NCBI GenBank assembly: GCA_963732385.1
Contig: CAVSZB010000005.1
Coordinates: forward strand, 288,001 to 352,000
Direction: 5' to 3'
DNA length: 64,000 bases
From: an uncultured bacterium
Lineage (GTDB): Bacteria; Krumholzibacteriota; Krumholzibacteriia; LZORAL124-64-63
Within the stretch, counting starts at the first letter, position 1, and each line of letters begins with the position of its first letter. Made by a program: the position numbers and the translations under genes. Positions 48,210 through 58,777 of this stretch are shown here, piece by piece. The notes below the pieces were generated by a model. The model saw only the letters and a program-made list of their open reading frames with translations, searched no databases and was not told the origin of the DNA.

Positions 48210-51200
48210 ATGAAGAAGTTCTGGCTGATGGCGCTCGTGCTTCTGCTGGCCGCCGCGCCGGCGGTGGCGCAGAAGGCGAAGGCGGACAGCAGGGCCAAGC
48301 CTGCCAAATCGAAGACCGACACGAAGAAGGACGAGCCCAGGGACCCGCTGAGCGCCGGCACGTTCACCGGGCTCGGACTGCGCGCCCTCGGCCCCGCGTC
48401 CACCTCCGGTCGCATCGGCGACCTCGCCGTGGACCCGCGCGACAAGGCGCACTGGTACGTGGCGGTCGCCTCGGGCGGGGTCTGGGAGACGCGCAATGCC
48501 GGCACCACCTGGACGCCGATCTTCGACGACCAGGGCTCCTACTCGATCGGCTGCGTGACACTCGACCCGCGCAATCCGCTCACCGTCTGGATCGGCACGG
48601 GCGAGAACAACAGCCAGCGCAGCGTCGGCTACGGCGACGGCGTGTACCGCTCGCTCGACGGTGGCAAGACCTGGGAGAACCTGGGGCTCAAGCAGTCCGA
48701 GCACATCGGCCGGATCCTCGTCGACCCGCGCAACTCGAACGTCGTGTTCGTGGCCGCGCAGGGTCCGCTGTGGGGCCCCGGCGGCGACCGCGGCCTCTAC
48801 AGGTCGACCGACGGCGGCAAGACCTGGGAGAAGTCGCTCGACATCAGCGAACACACCGGCGTGAGCGACATCGCGTTCGACCCGCGCGATCCCGACACGA
48901 TCTACGCCTCCGCCTACCAGCGCCGTCGCCATGTCTGGACCCTGATCGACGGCGGCCCCGAGTCGGCGATCCACAAGTCGACCGACGGCGGCAAGTCGTG
49001 GCGCAAGCTGACCAGCGGCCTCCCGGCGGGCGACGTGGGGCGCATCGGCCTGGCGGTGGCGCCGTCGCAGCCGGACCTCGTATACGCGATCGTCGAGGCG
49101 GCGGACGAAGGCGGCGGCTTCTACCGCTCCACCGACGCGGGCGGCAACTGGGCGAAGATGAGCGGGTACGTCTCGGGCAGCCCGCAGTACTACCAGGAGA
49201 TCATCGTCGATCCACGCAACGCCGACCGCGTCTACTCGCTGGACACCTTCATGATGGTGACCGACGACGGCGGCAGGACCTTCCGGCACGCCGGCGAGAA
49301 GAACAAGCACGTCGACAACCACGCGCTCTGGATCGATCCCGACGACTCCGACCATCTGCTCGTCGGCTGCGACGGCGGTCTGTACGAGTCGTTCGAACGC
49401 GCGGCTTCGTGGCGCTTCGTGCCGAACCTTCCGGTCACGCAGTTCTACCGCGTGACCGTGGACAACACACAGCCGTTCTATCACATCTACGGCGGCACCC
49501 AGGACAACTTCAGCCTGGGCGGCCCTTCGCGCACGATCAGCGCCAGCGGCATCGTCAACTCCGACTGGTATGTCACGCAGGGGGGCGACGGCTTCAAGAC
49601 CCAGGTCGACCCCGAGGATCCCAACCTCGTCTACGCCCAGTACCAGCACGCCGGGCTGGCGCGCTTCGACAAGCGCAGCGGCGAGGGACTCGACATCCAG
49701 CCGCAGCCGCGGCCGGGCGAGCCGGGCCTGCGCTGGAACTGGGACTCGCCGCTGATCATCAGCCCGCACCTGCACACGCGGCTCTACTTCGCGGCGAACA
49801 TCGTGTTCCGCAGCGACGACCGCGGCGACTCCTGGCGGCCGGTCAGTCCCGATCTCACGCGCCGGATCGACCGCAACAGGCTGCCGGTCATGGACAGGGT
49901 CTGGAGCATCGACGCGGTGGCGAAGAACAAGTCGACGTCGATCTACGGCAACATCGTGGCGTTGACCGAGTCGCCGCGGCGCGACGGCCTGCTCTACGTC
50001 GGCACCGACGACGGCCTGATCCAGGTCACGGAGGACGGCGGCGGCGCCTGGACGCGTTACGAGAAGTTCCCCGGCGTCCCCGCGGACACCTACGTGAGCT
50101 GTCTCTACGCCTCCCGTCACGCGGAGGGGCGCCTGTACGCGGCGTTCGACAACCACAAGATGGCCGACTTCCAGCCCTACGTGCTGCGCAGCGACGACCG
50201 CGGACGCACCTGGAACTCCGTGGCCGGAGATCTGCCGGAGCGCGGCTCCGTGAACACAGTCGTGGAGGACCCGGTCAACCCCGACCTGCTGTTCGCCGGC
50301 ACCGAGTTCGGTTTGTACTTCACGATCGACGGCGGCCGCAAATGGGTGCAGCTCAAGGGCGGAATGCCGGTCATCGCAGTGAAGGACCTCTCCATCCAGG
50401 AGCGCGAGACCGACCTCGCGGTCGCCTCGTTCGGACGTGGCTTCTTCATCCTCGACGACTACACGCCGCTGCGGCTGCTCAGGCGCGAAACGCTCGACCG
50501 CGAGGGCGAACTTTTCCCGGTGCGGCGCACCTGGATGTACCTCGAGAGCACCCCGCTCGGCGGCACCGGCAAGGGCGAGCAGGGGGACGGCTTCTTTACC
50601 GCCCCCAACCCGCCGTTCGGCGCGGTCTTCACCTGGTACCTGAAGGAGGAGGCGAAGACACTCAAGCAGCTGAGACAGGACCGGGAGAAGAAACTGCGCG
50701 AGGCGAAACAGCCGATCCCGTACCCGACCTGGGACGAATTGCGCGCGGAGGAGAACGAAGAAGCTCCGACCTGTCTCCTGACCGTGCGCGACGCGACGGG
50801 CGCCGTGGTGCGGCGCATCCCGGCCCCCGCGAAGGCGGGTTTCCAGCGGATCGCCTGGGATCTGCGCTTCCCGCCGGCCGACCCCGTCGAGCTCAACCGC
50901 GGTGAAGCGGAGCGTTACGGGTACACCCCGAACGGGTCGCTCGCCGCGCCCGGCACGTACTCGGTGCTGCTCGAACTGAGCGTGCGCGGGGAGTCGCGCC
51001 CGCTCGGCGCGCCGCAGACTTTCGAATGCGCGCCGCTCGGCAACGCCACGCTCGCCGCGGCCGACCGCACCGCACTGGCCGCGTTCTGCCGCGAGGTGGC
51101 CGATCTGCAGCGGGCGATCCTCGGCGCCGCGAAGGTCTGCGACGAGACGCAGTCCCGGCTCGATCACGCGCGCCGCGCCATCCAGGACACGCCGGGCGCC

Positions 51201-51539
51201 GACCCGGTGCTGCTGGCCGACGTGCGCGCCCTGCAGAACCGCCTGCGCGCCCTGCGCATCGATCTGGAGGGCGACGCCACGCTCGCCCGGCGCGAGGAGC
51301 CGGTGCCGTCGTCCATCACCGACCGGGTCCAGCGGGCGGTGTCGGGCCTCTGGTCGTCGACCGCGGCCCCGACCCGCACCCACCGCGACGAGTACGGCTA
51401 CGCCGTGGCCGCCTTCCCCGGCCTGCTCACGAACCTGCGCACCCTCGTCGAAACGGATCTGAAGAGACTCGAGGACAAGCTCGATGCCGCCGGCGCGCCG
51501 TGGACGCCGGGGCGGCTGCCGGAGTGGCCGCGGCAATAG
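48210..51539 (+). CDS. Secreted VPS10/sortilin-like BNR (Asp-box) beta-propeller protein (glycosyl hydrolase-like)
   Basis: Signal peptide, R.LGPA..SGRI.D, many S.DGG.TW Asp-boxes, HVDNHALW, GGTQDN, RWNW..P, C-terminal coiled coil. Confidence 0.88.
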   Translation: MKKFWLMALVLLLAAAPAVAQKAKADSRAKPAKSKTDTKKDEPRDPLSAGTFTGLGLRALGPASTSGRIGDLAVDPRDKAHWYVAVASGGVWETRNAGTTWTPIFDDQGSYSIGCVTLDPRNPLTVWIGTGENNSQRSVGYGDGVYRSLDGGKTWENLGLKQSEHIGRILVDPRNSNVVFVAAQGPLWGPGGDRGLYRSTDGGKTWEKSLDISEHTGVSDIAFDPRDPDTIYASAYQRRRHVWTLIDGGPESAIHKSTDGGKSWRKLTSGLPAGDVGRIGLAVAPSQPDLVYAIVEAADEGGGFYRSTDAGGNWAKMSGYVSGSPQYYQEIIVDPRNADRVYSLDTFMMVTDDGGRTFRHAGEKNKHVDNHALWIDPDDSDHLLVGCDGGLYESFERAASWRFVPNLPVTQFYRVTVDNTQPFYHIYGGTQDNFSLGGPSRTISASGIVNSDWYVTQGGDGFKTQVDPEDPNLVYAQYQHAGLARFDKRSGEGLDIQPQPRPGEPGLRWNWDSPLIISPHLHTRLYFAANIVFRSDDRGDSWRPVSPDLTRRIDRNRLPVMDRVWSIDAVAKNKSTSIYGNIVALTESPRRDGLLYVGTDDGLIQVTEDGGGAWTRYEKFPGVPADTYVSCLYASRHAEGRLYAAFDNHKMADFQPYVLRSDDRGRTWNSVAGDLPERGSVNTVVEDPVNPDLLFAGTEFGLYFTIDGGRKWVQLKGGMPVIAVKDLSIQERETDLAVASFGRGFFILDDYTPLRLLRRETLDREGELFPVRRTWMYLESTPLGGTGKGEQGDGFFTAPNPPFGAVFTWYLKEEAKTLKQLRQDREKKLREAKQPIPYPTWDELRAEENEEAPTCLLTVRDATGAVVRRIPAPAKAGFQRIAWDLRFPPADPVELNRGEAERYGYTPNGSLAAPGTYSVLLELSVRGESRPLGAPQTFECAPLGNATLAAADRTALAAFCREVADLQRAILGAAKVCDETQSRLDHARRAIQDTPGADPVLLADVRALQNRLRALRIDLEGDATLARREEPVPSSITDRVQRAVSGLWSSTAAPTRTHRDEYGYAVAAFPGLLTNLRTLVETDLKRLEDKLDAAGAPWTPGRLPEWPRQ

Positions 51540-51580
51540 CCCCGCGGCGCACAATGGCGTCGCGCCCCTGTCGGCGGCGG

Positions 51581-51612
51581 AAAACACGGGCGGCGCCGAC
51601 GCGCCGCCCGTG
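51581..51612 (-). terminator. Intrinsic terminator for the minus-strand DUF533-AIM24-S26/PqqD operon
   Basis: 12-bp stem CACGGGCGGCGC/GCGCCGCCCGTG, 4-nt loop, followed by TTTT on the minus strand; lies between convergent genes. Confidence 0.65.
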
Positions 51613-51619
51613 CCTCCGT

Positions 51620-52423
51620 TCAGACTCCGCGCTCCGGGACCACCAGGTCCACGACCCCTTTCCGCACCAGCGTCTCGATGAACTGCGCCAGGTCCGCGGC
51701 CGCTTCGCCTGGCGGAACCTCGTATTCGGCACAAACCAAATCCGCGAGGGCGGCGAGAGATCGGCGGCCGTCGAGCGCGCGCCAGATCAGCGCGCCCGGG
51801 CCGTCGAGGATGTGGAGAATGCCGCCGGCTTCGTCGACGAGGACATCGTCGCCGTCAAGCTCGCGCAGGACGCAGCCGCGGGGCGTGGGAACCGCGGCAA
51901 GCGGCAGTTGAGAACCGGTCCGGGCAGGCTCCGGACCGGACAGACGCGCGGCGTCGGGGGGCGCCGGCTCGGACAGAAAAACGCCGAACAGGCGTCCCTT
52001 CAAGTCCCTGCGCAGATTGCGCCGCGCCGACCGGCGGGCTTCGCAACGGCCGGCGGGCGAGTCGAGATCGGCGCAGCCACCGTCCGGACGTTCGCCACCG
52101 ACAACACGACCGACGATCCGTCGGGCATCGGTCCAGGCGCCACGGAGGTTGGCGTCCCCCTTCTGGTAGACCAGGCAACGCCCCGGCAGCCGCAGCACCA
52201 GCAGCACACGATGCGCCGTCAGACTGTGACCGTCGCTGAAAACGACGATGTCGCCCGGACTGGAATCGCGCCCCCCGGATGCCTCGATCCGGATCCGACT
52301 GCCGATCGGCAGCAGCGGCGCCATGCTGCCGCTGAGCACGGGAAGCTCGACCCGTTCACCGGGAGACAGACGTCCGCGCAGCAACGCATACCAGTCGTTC
52401 AGGCCTGCATCGTTCGCGACCAC
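51620..52423 (-). CDS. S24/S26 peptidase-like domain fused to a C-terminal PqqD (RiPP recognition element)
   Basis: SGSMAPLL..G, GDIVVF, AHRV, KGDAN, IVGRVV; then LRELDGDDVLVD...HILD..GALIWRALDG.RS...LAD.VC.EYEV....A..DL..F...L...G.V. Confidence 0.78.
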   Translation of the reverse strand: MVANDAGLNDWYALLRGRLSPGERVELPVLSGSMAPLLPIGSRIRIEASGGRDSSPGDIVVFSDGHSLTAHRVLLVLRLPGRCLVYQKGDANLRGAWTDARRIVGRVVGGERPDGGCADLDSPAGRCEARRSARRNLRRDLKGRLFGVFLSEPAPPDAARLSGPEPARTGSQLPLAAVPTPRGCVLRELDGDDVLVDEAGGILHILDGPGALIWRALDGRRSLAALADLVCAEYEVPPGEAAADLAQFIETLVRKGVVDLVVPERGV

Positions 52424-52424
52424 C

Positions 52425-53425
52425 CTAGCGGTCGCCCCGCAAAAGCCCCCCGAGCGGCCCGAGGATCGAGCCCTCCTCGCTGTGACCGCCCTGCTGCGGC
52501 GCCGCCGCGAGCATGCGGCCGGCCAGGCGCGAGAACGGCAGGCTCTGCAGCCAGACGCGGCCCGGGCCGGTCAAGCGCACGAAGAACACGCCTTCGCCGC
52601 CGAACAGCATGGTCTTGAGGCCGCCCGCCTGCTCCACGTCGTAGGTGACCGTATCGGTGAGCGCGGCGAGACAGCCGGTATCGACGTGCAGCACCTCGCC
52701 CGGCCCGAGCTGGCGCTCGACCACCGTGCCGCCGGCGTGCACGAACACCCAGCCGTCCCCCTCGAGCTTCTGCATGATGAAGCCCTCGCCGCCGAACAGG
52801 CCGGTCAGGATCTTGCGCTGGAACGCGATCCCGATCGATACCCCCTTGGCGGCGGCCAGGAAACTGTCCTTCTGGCAGATCAGGCGTCCGCCGACCTCGC
52901 TCAAACGGATCGGCAGGATCGTGCCGGGAAACGGCGCCGCGAATGCCACGTGCCCCTTGCCGGAGCCGCGGTGCGTGTAAGCGGTGATGAAGAGCGACTC
53001 GCCGGTCAGCAGCCGCTTGCCGGCTCCCACCAGCTTGTCCATGAAACCGCCCTGCTGACGGGCGGAGCCGTCGCCGAAGACGGTCTCCATCTGGATGACC
53101 TGGTCCTTGTACATCATGGCGCCGGCCTCGGCGACCGCGCTCTCGCCCGGATCGAGCTCCACCTCGACGTACTGCATCTCCTGGCCGCGGATCTGGAAGT
53201 CGATCTCGTCGGCGCGGGGCGCGTAGCCCGCGGCGGGCTGCGGCGGCGCGCCCGGCGTGCCGGCAGGGGCGCCGCCCTGCAGTTCGCCCACCTGCGAGGC
53301 CATCACCCAGTTGGCCCAGCCGGCTCGCCAGCAGAAGGCCTTGGGGTTCTGGCGGGCGAAGACCGCCGCCGCCTCGGCATCCAACGGACCGGTCTGCTTG
53401 CCGTCGATGGAAAAATACCACTGGC

Positions 53426-53429
<4 letters not shown>
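52425..53429 (-). CDS. TIGR00266/AIM24 family protein with N-terminal GYF_2 domain
   Basis: WY....G.Q.GP...W..GW..W; then MQYVEVELDPGE...AEAGAM, GESLF, CQKDSFL, FGGEGF, GPG.VWLQSLP. Confidence 0.9.
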
Positions 53430-54058
<629 letters not shown>

Positions 54059-54180
54059 CGTTCTCGTCCCTCCCGCGTCGGAAACCGTCCCAATACCCGC
54101 CCCCCATCCCAGCTATTCATACTCTCCCCACCACTTCTGCCCGCCGCCGTTGCCCGGGCCCTGGAGCCGCACCGGAGCGG

Positions 54181-54285
54181 GGGGGACGGCGGGCTCCCGA
54201 AGCGCGCGTCCGCACAGAGACTGCGCGCCCGCCCCGGGCGCGCTGGCTCTGTGCGCCAGCGCGCGCAGGGAGCCCGCCGTCCCCC
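54181..54285. repeat. Long nested inverted repeat (~105 nt hairpin)
   Basis: 18-bp perfect outer arms 54181-54198/54268-54285 plus inner arms CGCACAGAG/CTCTGTGCG and GCGCGCCCG/CGGGCGCGC. Confidence 0.75.
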
Positions 54286-55769
54286 TACTCCGAGTACGCC
54301 TCCACCACCCGGGCAATCTGCCGGGCGCAAGCCGCGCAGAACGGCTTGATCCCCTTGCTGAACATGATGCAGTCGGTCTGCGAGCGGTAGAGCCCTTCCG
54401 AGGAGTAGCCGGCCCCCTCGTAGGCGCCCGGCCGGCCGGCCCACGCGCTGCGCGCCAGATAGGCGTCGACCTTCTTCGCGTGCTCCAGCGAACGGTCCTC
54501 GGATTCCGCCTTCAGCCGCTCCACCTCGTCGGCCGGGGCGCCGGCGCGCATGCGGGTCGAGATCCGATCGTTCAACTCGCCGCGCAGCTTCTGGTAGGCG
54601 TTGTCCATCTCGTCGAAGCCGGCCTTCTCCCACGGCGTCGGGATCGGCGTGCCGGCCGCGACCAGATCGCGCCACTTCAGGTTCGCCGGATCGAGCAGCG
54701 CCGTGATGTTCGCCTCGACCGGCTCCACGTCGCGCGGATAGAAGTCATTGTAGGCTGTCGACGAGGTGTAATATTCGTCGGCCAGACCGGCGAAGGCGTG
54801 GCCGAACTCGTGCAGGAAGACGTATTCGCTCCACTGGTTGTCGCTGACGAACGTGCAGAAGAGGTTGTAGATTCCGCCGCCGCCGTAGCGCGCCTGGTTG
54901 ACCATGATATAGAGGACGTCGTACGGCGCGTGCGCGGCGACGTCCCGCATCGCCCGGTTGTCCTCGGTGAGCAGGTAGCGCTCGGAGCCGAGCGAATCGA
55001 AGGTCGTGCCGAGCGCGGTGTTGCGGTGGAGGCCGCGGCTCGGCTCGTCGCAGCCGCTCTCCTGCGACGGCTTGAAGACGCCCCAGACGTTGAAGCGGCC
55101 GGCCAGCGAGGCGAATGGCTCCTGGCCGAGCAGCGTCCGCGTGAAGCGGGCCAGGTCGGCGCGGAACTTCCCCTCTTCCGCCGCCGTGTACCCCTCGGCC
55201 AGGATGGCGACGTCCACCATCGCGTGCGGGTCGCCGTGGCGGGCCGCCTCCACCACCGTCACTCCGGACGGCAGCGGATCGCGCCGCACGCTCCAGGCTT
55301 CGGGATCGATCTCGACGGCGAGCAGCTCGCGGCGTTCGCCGTCGCGCCCCCGCGCCTCGAGCGTGAAGCGGACCTTCGCCTTCGGCAGCGGCATCAGCAC
55401 CGACTCATGGTAGGTGCGCCGGACCCCCTGGCCGGCGGCGTCGGTCGTGCGGTACTCGCCGAAGTACGAGTCGAAGCCGCGGCTGAACAGCAGCGCGCCG
55501 GTGGCCGCGTCGTACGCCCGCGCCTCGTAGACGCCAACGCCGAGCCGGTCGATCAGGTGGCGCCGGCTGCCGGCCCAGGTCCCCTGCCGCCACAGCTGGT
55601 CGAGCGTGGCGAACTCCTCCTGCGCGTTGCCGGTGTGGTAGTAGTCGACGCGCAGCGTCTCGTCGCGGAAGCAGGCGTCGAAGGCGGGATCGGCGGGCGC
55701 CGGCGCCGCCCAGGCGCTTAGCGGGACGAGTACGGAGAACAGCAGGATCGGCAGTCGGCAGCGCAGCAT
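54285..55769 (-). CDS. Secreted M64 family metallopeptidase
   Basis: TLRVDYYHTG, D..ILAEGYT..E..KF, YGGGGIYN, HEFGHAFAGLADEY, EGAGY...GLYR...DCIM.......FC..C. Confidence 0.92.
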   Translation of the reverse strand: MLRCRLPILLFSVLVPLSAWAAPAPADPAFDACFRDETLRVDYYHTGNAQEEFATLDQLWRQGTWAGSRRHLIDRLGVGVYEARAYDAATGALLFSRGFDSYFGEYRTTDAAGQGVRRTYHESVLMPLPKAKVRFTLEARGRDGERRELLAVEIDPEAWSVRRDPLPSGVTVVEAARHGDPHAMVDVAILAEGYTAAEEGKFRADLARFTRTLLGQEPFASLAGRFNVWGVFKPSQESGCDEPSRGLHRNTALGTTFDSLGSERYLLTEDNRAMRDVAAHAPYDVLYIMVNQARYGGGGIYNLFCTFVSDNQWSEYVFLHEFGHAFAGLADEYYTSSTAYNDFYPRDVEPVEANITALLDPANLKWRDLVAAGTPIPTPWEKAGFDEMDNAYQKLRGELNDRISTRMRAGAPADEVERLKAESEDRSLEHAKKVDAYLARSAWAGRPGAYEGAGYSSEGLYRSQTDCIMFSKGIKPFCAACARQIARVVEAYSE

Positions 55770-55882
55770 GGCATGCTCCTCGGCGTGACGGAACCGGAAA
55801 GATCGAACGTGCGGAGAGTAGACCCCCGCCGGTCGTCGAGCAACGTCCCGGCTGCTCCGGGGGCCGCTGCCGCCCGGCGGCA

Positions 55883-56731
55883 TCACAGCGTCGGCGGCCC
55901 CAGCACCTCGATCTGGTACGGCAGGATCCGCCCCCGCAGGAGGCTCCCGTCGGCCGCAAAGCTCTCCAGGCGCCGCAGCGGCGAACGGCGCAGCACCGTT
56001 TTCCACTGACGCTCGTCGTAGCAGCGCAGATCGTAGGCGTCGTCGCGGTGCTCCTCGCCACCGCGCACAGCGACGACGAGATGACTGATCACGCGCTCGC
56101 GGCGCGCGCGTCCGGCGGCCGCGTCGGGCGGCAGATAAGTGGCCAGCTGCGTCACTTTCAGGCCGCCGCGTCGCGCCGTCCAGACGTCCTCGTCGGGCGC
56201 TTCTTCGCCGTATCGCGTGAGGCTCAGCCCGACGGCGTAGACCGCCCCGCGCCGCAGCACCCGCGCCACCTGGTCGAGGTGCTCTAGCAGCGCCGCGTCC
56301 GACGGCAGGTGCCGGAGCGTGTTGAGGGTGCAGAACGCGAAGTCGATGGAGGCTGGCGCCACGGCGTCGGCAAAGTCGGTCAGTTCGGCGTGGAAGACGT
56401 GCGCGCGCCGCCCGAGTCCGCGTCGCACGATCGCCTCGCGCGCGTAGGCGACCATGGCGGGCTCGCGGTCGAACCCGATCGCGCGCAATCCCCGCGCTGC
56501 CGCCAGACGCAGCAGCCGGCCGGTGCCGCAGGCCGGTTCCAGCCAGCGCGGCGCGGTCGGCGATGGCTTCTTCGTGACCAGCCAGGGCGCCCGCGCCGGC
56601 GGCCAGGTGCACCGCCGCGCCACCCGGTACAGCGCGTCGAGCTCGCGCGCCGTACCGGGCGTCAGCAGCGTGTCGTAGACCGCGGGGTCTTCGTAGAGAC
56701 GACGGGACTCGTCCGCCGGACGCGCGCTCAT
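55883..56731 (-). CDS. Class I SAM-dependent methyltransferase
   Basis: LEPACGTGR motif I, GFD....M, NTLRHL, L..VAR.LR.G. Confidence 0.85.
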   Translation of the reverse strand: MSARPADESRRLYEDPAVYDTLLTPGTARELDALYRVARRCTWPPARAPWLVTKKPSPTAPRWLEPACGTGRLLRLAAARGLRAIGFDREPAMVAYAREAIVRRGLGRRAHVFHAELTDFADAVAPASIDFAFCTLNTLRHLPSDAALLEHLDQVARVLRRGAVYAVGLSLTRYGEEAPDEDVWTARRGGLKVTQLATYLPPDAAAGRARRERVISHLVVAVRGGEEHRDDAYDLRCYDERQWKTVLRRSPLRRLESFAADGSLLRGRILPYQIEVLGPPTL

Positions 56732-56738
56732 CGGGCCG

Positions 56739-57212
56739 CTAGAAGAACGTCAGGCCGACGGTGAGCTTGCCGTCCGGGGAATCGGCGACGCCGAACTTGA
56801 CCTCGAAGAACAGCTCGTTGCCGCCGGAAAGCCCGCGGTAGGCCCCGCCGACCAGGTTCAACCCCAGCTCCGTGTCGCTGTTGTCGCCAATGCGGTCCGA
56901 GTCCCAGCTATAGAAGTTGATGCCCAGGCCGCCGCCGGCATAGAAGCCCCAGTCGGCGCCGCGGGCCCGCTCGAAGCGATACAACAGCTCGGGGTTGAGC
57001 GCGACGAGCGTCAGGTTGTCGCCGAAGCCGATCTCGATGTTCGGCACGAAGTAGGCGTGCGGAAACATCTCGCCCGCGTAGAGGTGCCCGCCGACATGCA
57101 CCTGATCCGGATCGAAGGTGATGCCGCCGCGGATGCCTCCCGACACGTCGCCGGCAACGGCTGAGGTGGAGACCAGGGACAAAGCGACCATGAGCACGGC
57201 GATCGTCTTCAT
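56739..57212 (-). CDS. Small outer-membrane beta-barrel protein
   Basis: Signal peptide, PNIEIGFG, FYAGGGLG, FFEVKFG, terminal GLTFF. Confidence 0.8.
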   Translation of the reverse strand: MKTIAVLMVALSLVSTSAVAGDVSGGIRGGITFDPDQVHVGGHLYAGEMFPHAYFVPNIEIGFGDNLTLVALNPELLYRFERARGADWGFYAGGGLGINFYSWDSDRIGDNSDTELGLNLVGGAYRGLSGGNELFFEVKFGVADSPDGKLTVGLTFF

Positions 57213-57326
57213 ATTCACGGCTCCTCCGGGTTGGGAAGGGTCTACAACGCGCGCAGGCCGGGGGAAGTTTCGCCGAAAGCGGCCCGTGCTGCAAGCAGAG
57301 CGGTCGCGCCGCCGGCCGCGGGACAC

Positions 57327-58595
57327 TCACGCGGCAGCTGTATCCGCTCCCCGCGGACGTCCGCCGCGCGCCAGGGCCAGCCAGACCGCCGCCAGCAGGG
57401 CGAGCCCCGCCTCCAGCGCCAGTGGCACACGGCCCGAGCCGGTGGCATCCCACAGCCAGCCGATGGCGAAGCTGGTCGGGATCAGCGCGAGTCCTTCCAC
57501 CATCCCGAGCAGTCCGAAGGCGCGGCCGCGCGCCGCCGACGGCACGAGGTCGGCCACGTACGCTTTCGCCACCCCCTCGGTGGCGCCGAAAAAGATGCCG
57601 TAGGCGGCGAACAGCAGCCATGTCGCCCACGCTGCCGTCAGCCAGGCGAAGGCGCCGTAGACCAGCGCGTACAGCACCCACCCGATCAGCAGCACCGGGC
57701 GCCGCCCCACGCGGTCCGACAGCCCGCCGCCCCACAACGACGTCACGCTCTTGACCACGTGCAGCAGCGCCCACGCCAACGGCGCCATCAGCAGCGGCAG
57801 CCCCATCTCCCGCGCCCGCAAAATCAGGAACGCGTCGCTGGAGTTCGCCAGCGCGAACAGGACGGCCGCCACCAGGTAGAAGCGGAACTCCCGGCTCAGC
57901 GGCGCCGGCGCGGTCGCCCCGCCGCCGTCCGCGGTCCGCACGCCTCCCGCCGCCCGCCGCGCGGGATCGTCGCGCACGAACAGGGCGATGACCAGCAGCG
58001 CCAGGAAACCGGGGATCGCCGAAAGCATGATCGCCAGGCGCAGATCCACGCCAACCACCCGCAGAAGCAGGAACCCGGCCAGCCCGCCCGCCACCGCGCC
58101 GGCGTGGTCCATCGCGCGCTGGTAGCCGAAGGCGCGTCCCCGCTGCCCGCCGGCGAAATCGGCCACGACCGCGTCGCGCGGCGCGCCGCGGATCCCCTTG
58201 CCGATCTTGTCGAGCAGCCGCAACCCGAGCACTCCGGTCGCCGACTGCGCCAGCCCGAGGAACGGCTTCACCGATGACGACAGCAGATAGCCGGCGAAGA
58301 TCAGCCCCTTGCGGCTGCGCGCCCGATCGGCCAGCGCGCCCGACCACAGCCTGACGATCGACGGCATCCCCTCGGCCAGCCCCTCGATCAGTCCGAAGGT
58401 GCGCCGCGACGCCCGGAGCGTGCCGGTAATGAAATCGGGCAGCAGCGGATAGATCAGCTCACTGCCGAGATCGGTGAAAAACGAAACCCAGCCGGTGGCG
58501 CGGACGACCGGGTGCAGCGGCGCCGCAGCCGGGACCGCGCGCGCGGAAGCATCGCGAGACTCGGAATCCGCGGGGTCGCGCCGGCTCATGGACAT
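57327..58595 (-). CDS. MFS transporter
   Basis: VSFFTD..SE.IYPLLP, GLIEG.AE, GKGIRGAPRDA, GRAFG..RAMD..GA, NSSDAFL.LR. Confidence 0.9.
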   Translation of the reverse strand: MSMSRRDPADSESRDASARAVPAAAPLHPVVRATGWVSFFTDLGSELIYPLLPDFITGTLRASRRTFGLIEGLAEGMPSIVRLWSGALADRARSRKGLIFAGYLLSSSVKPFLGLAQSATGVLGLRLLDKIGKGIRGAPRDAVVADFAGGQRGRAFGYQRAMDHAGAVAGGLAGFLLLRVVGVDLRLAIMLSAIPGFLALLVIALFVRDDPARRAAGGVRTADGGGATAPAPLSREFRFYLVAAVLFALANSSDAFLILRAREMGLPLLMAPLAWALLHVVKSVTSLWGGGLSDRVGRRPVLLIGWVLYALVYGAFAWLTAAWATWLLFAAYGIFFGATEGVAKAYVADLVPSAARGRAFGLLGMVEGLALIPTSFAIGWLWDATGSGRVPLALEAGLALLAAVWLALARGGRPRGADTAAA

Positions 58596-58777
58596 CTCCT
58601 CGCGAGTGTGCTGCCGCCCCTCGCTGACCGGCTCATGATCCTCGACCTTGTCGGCATGGCCGCCTGGCTGCGAGCGAAGCATCCCGACGACTGGCCGGAG
58701 TTGATGGACTTCAGAGAACAGAGACTTTGGTTGCTCTACCCTGTCAGGGAACATGAACCCGGATGATATTGCCTCCG

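Noticed and set aside
48150..51734. 1194-aa minus-strand ORF (and similar long ORFs 2696-4933, 28081-30660, 32307-34337, 53763-55721)
   Set aside because: Antisense or alternate-frame shadows of well-supported genes. High GC suppresses stop codons, and the translations have no recognisable motifs.
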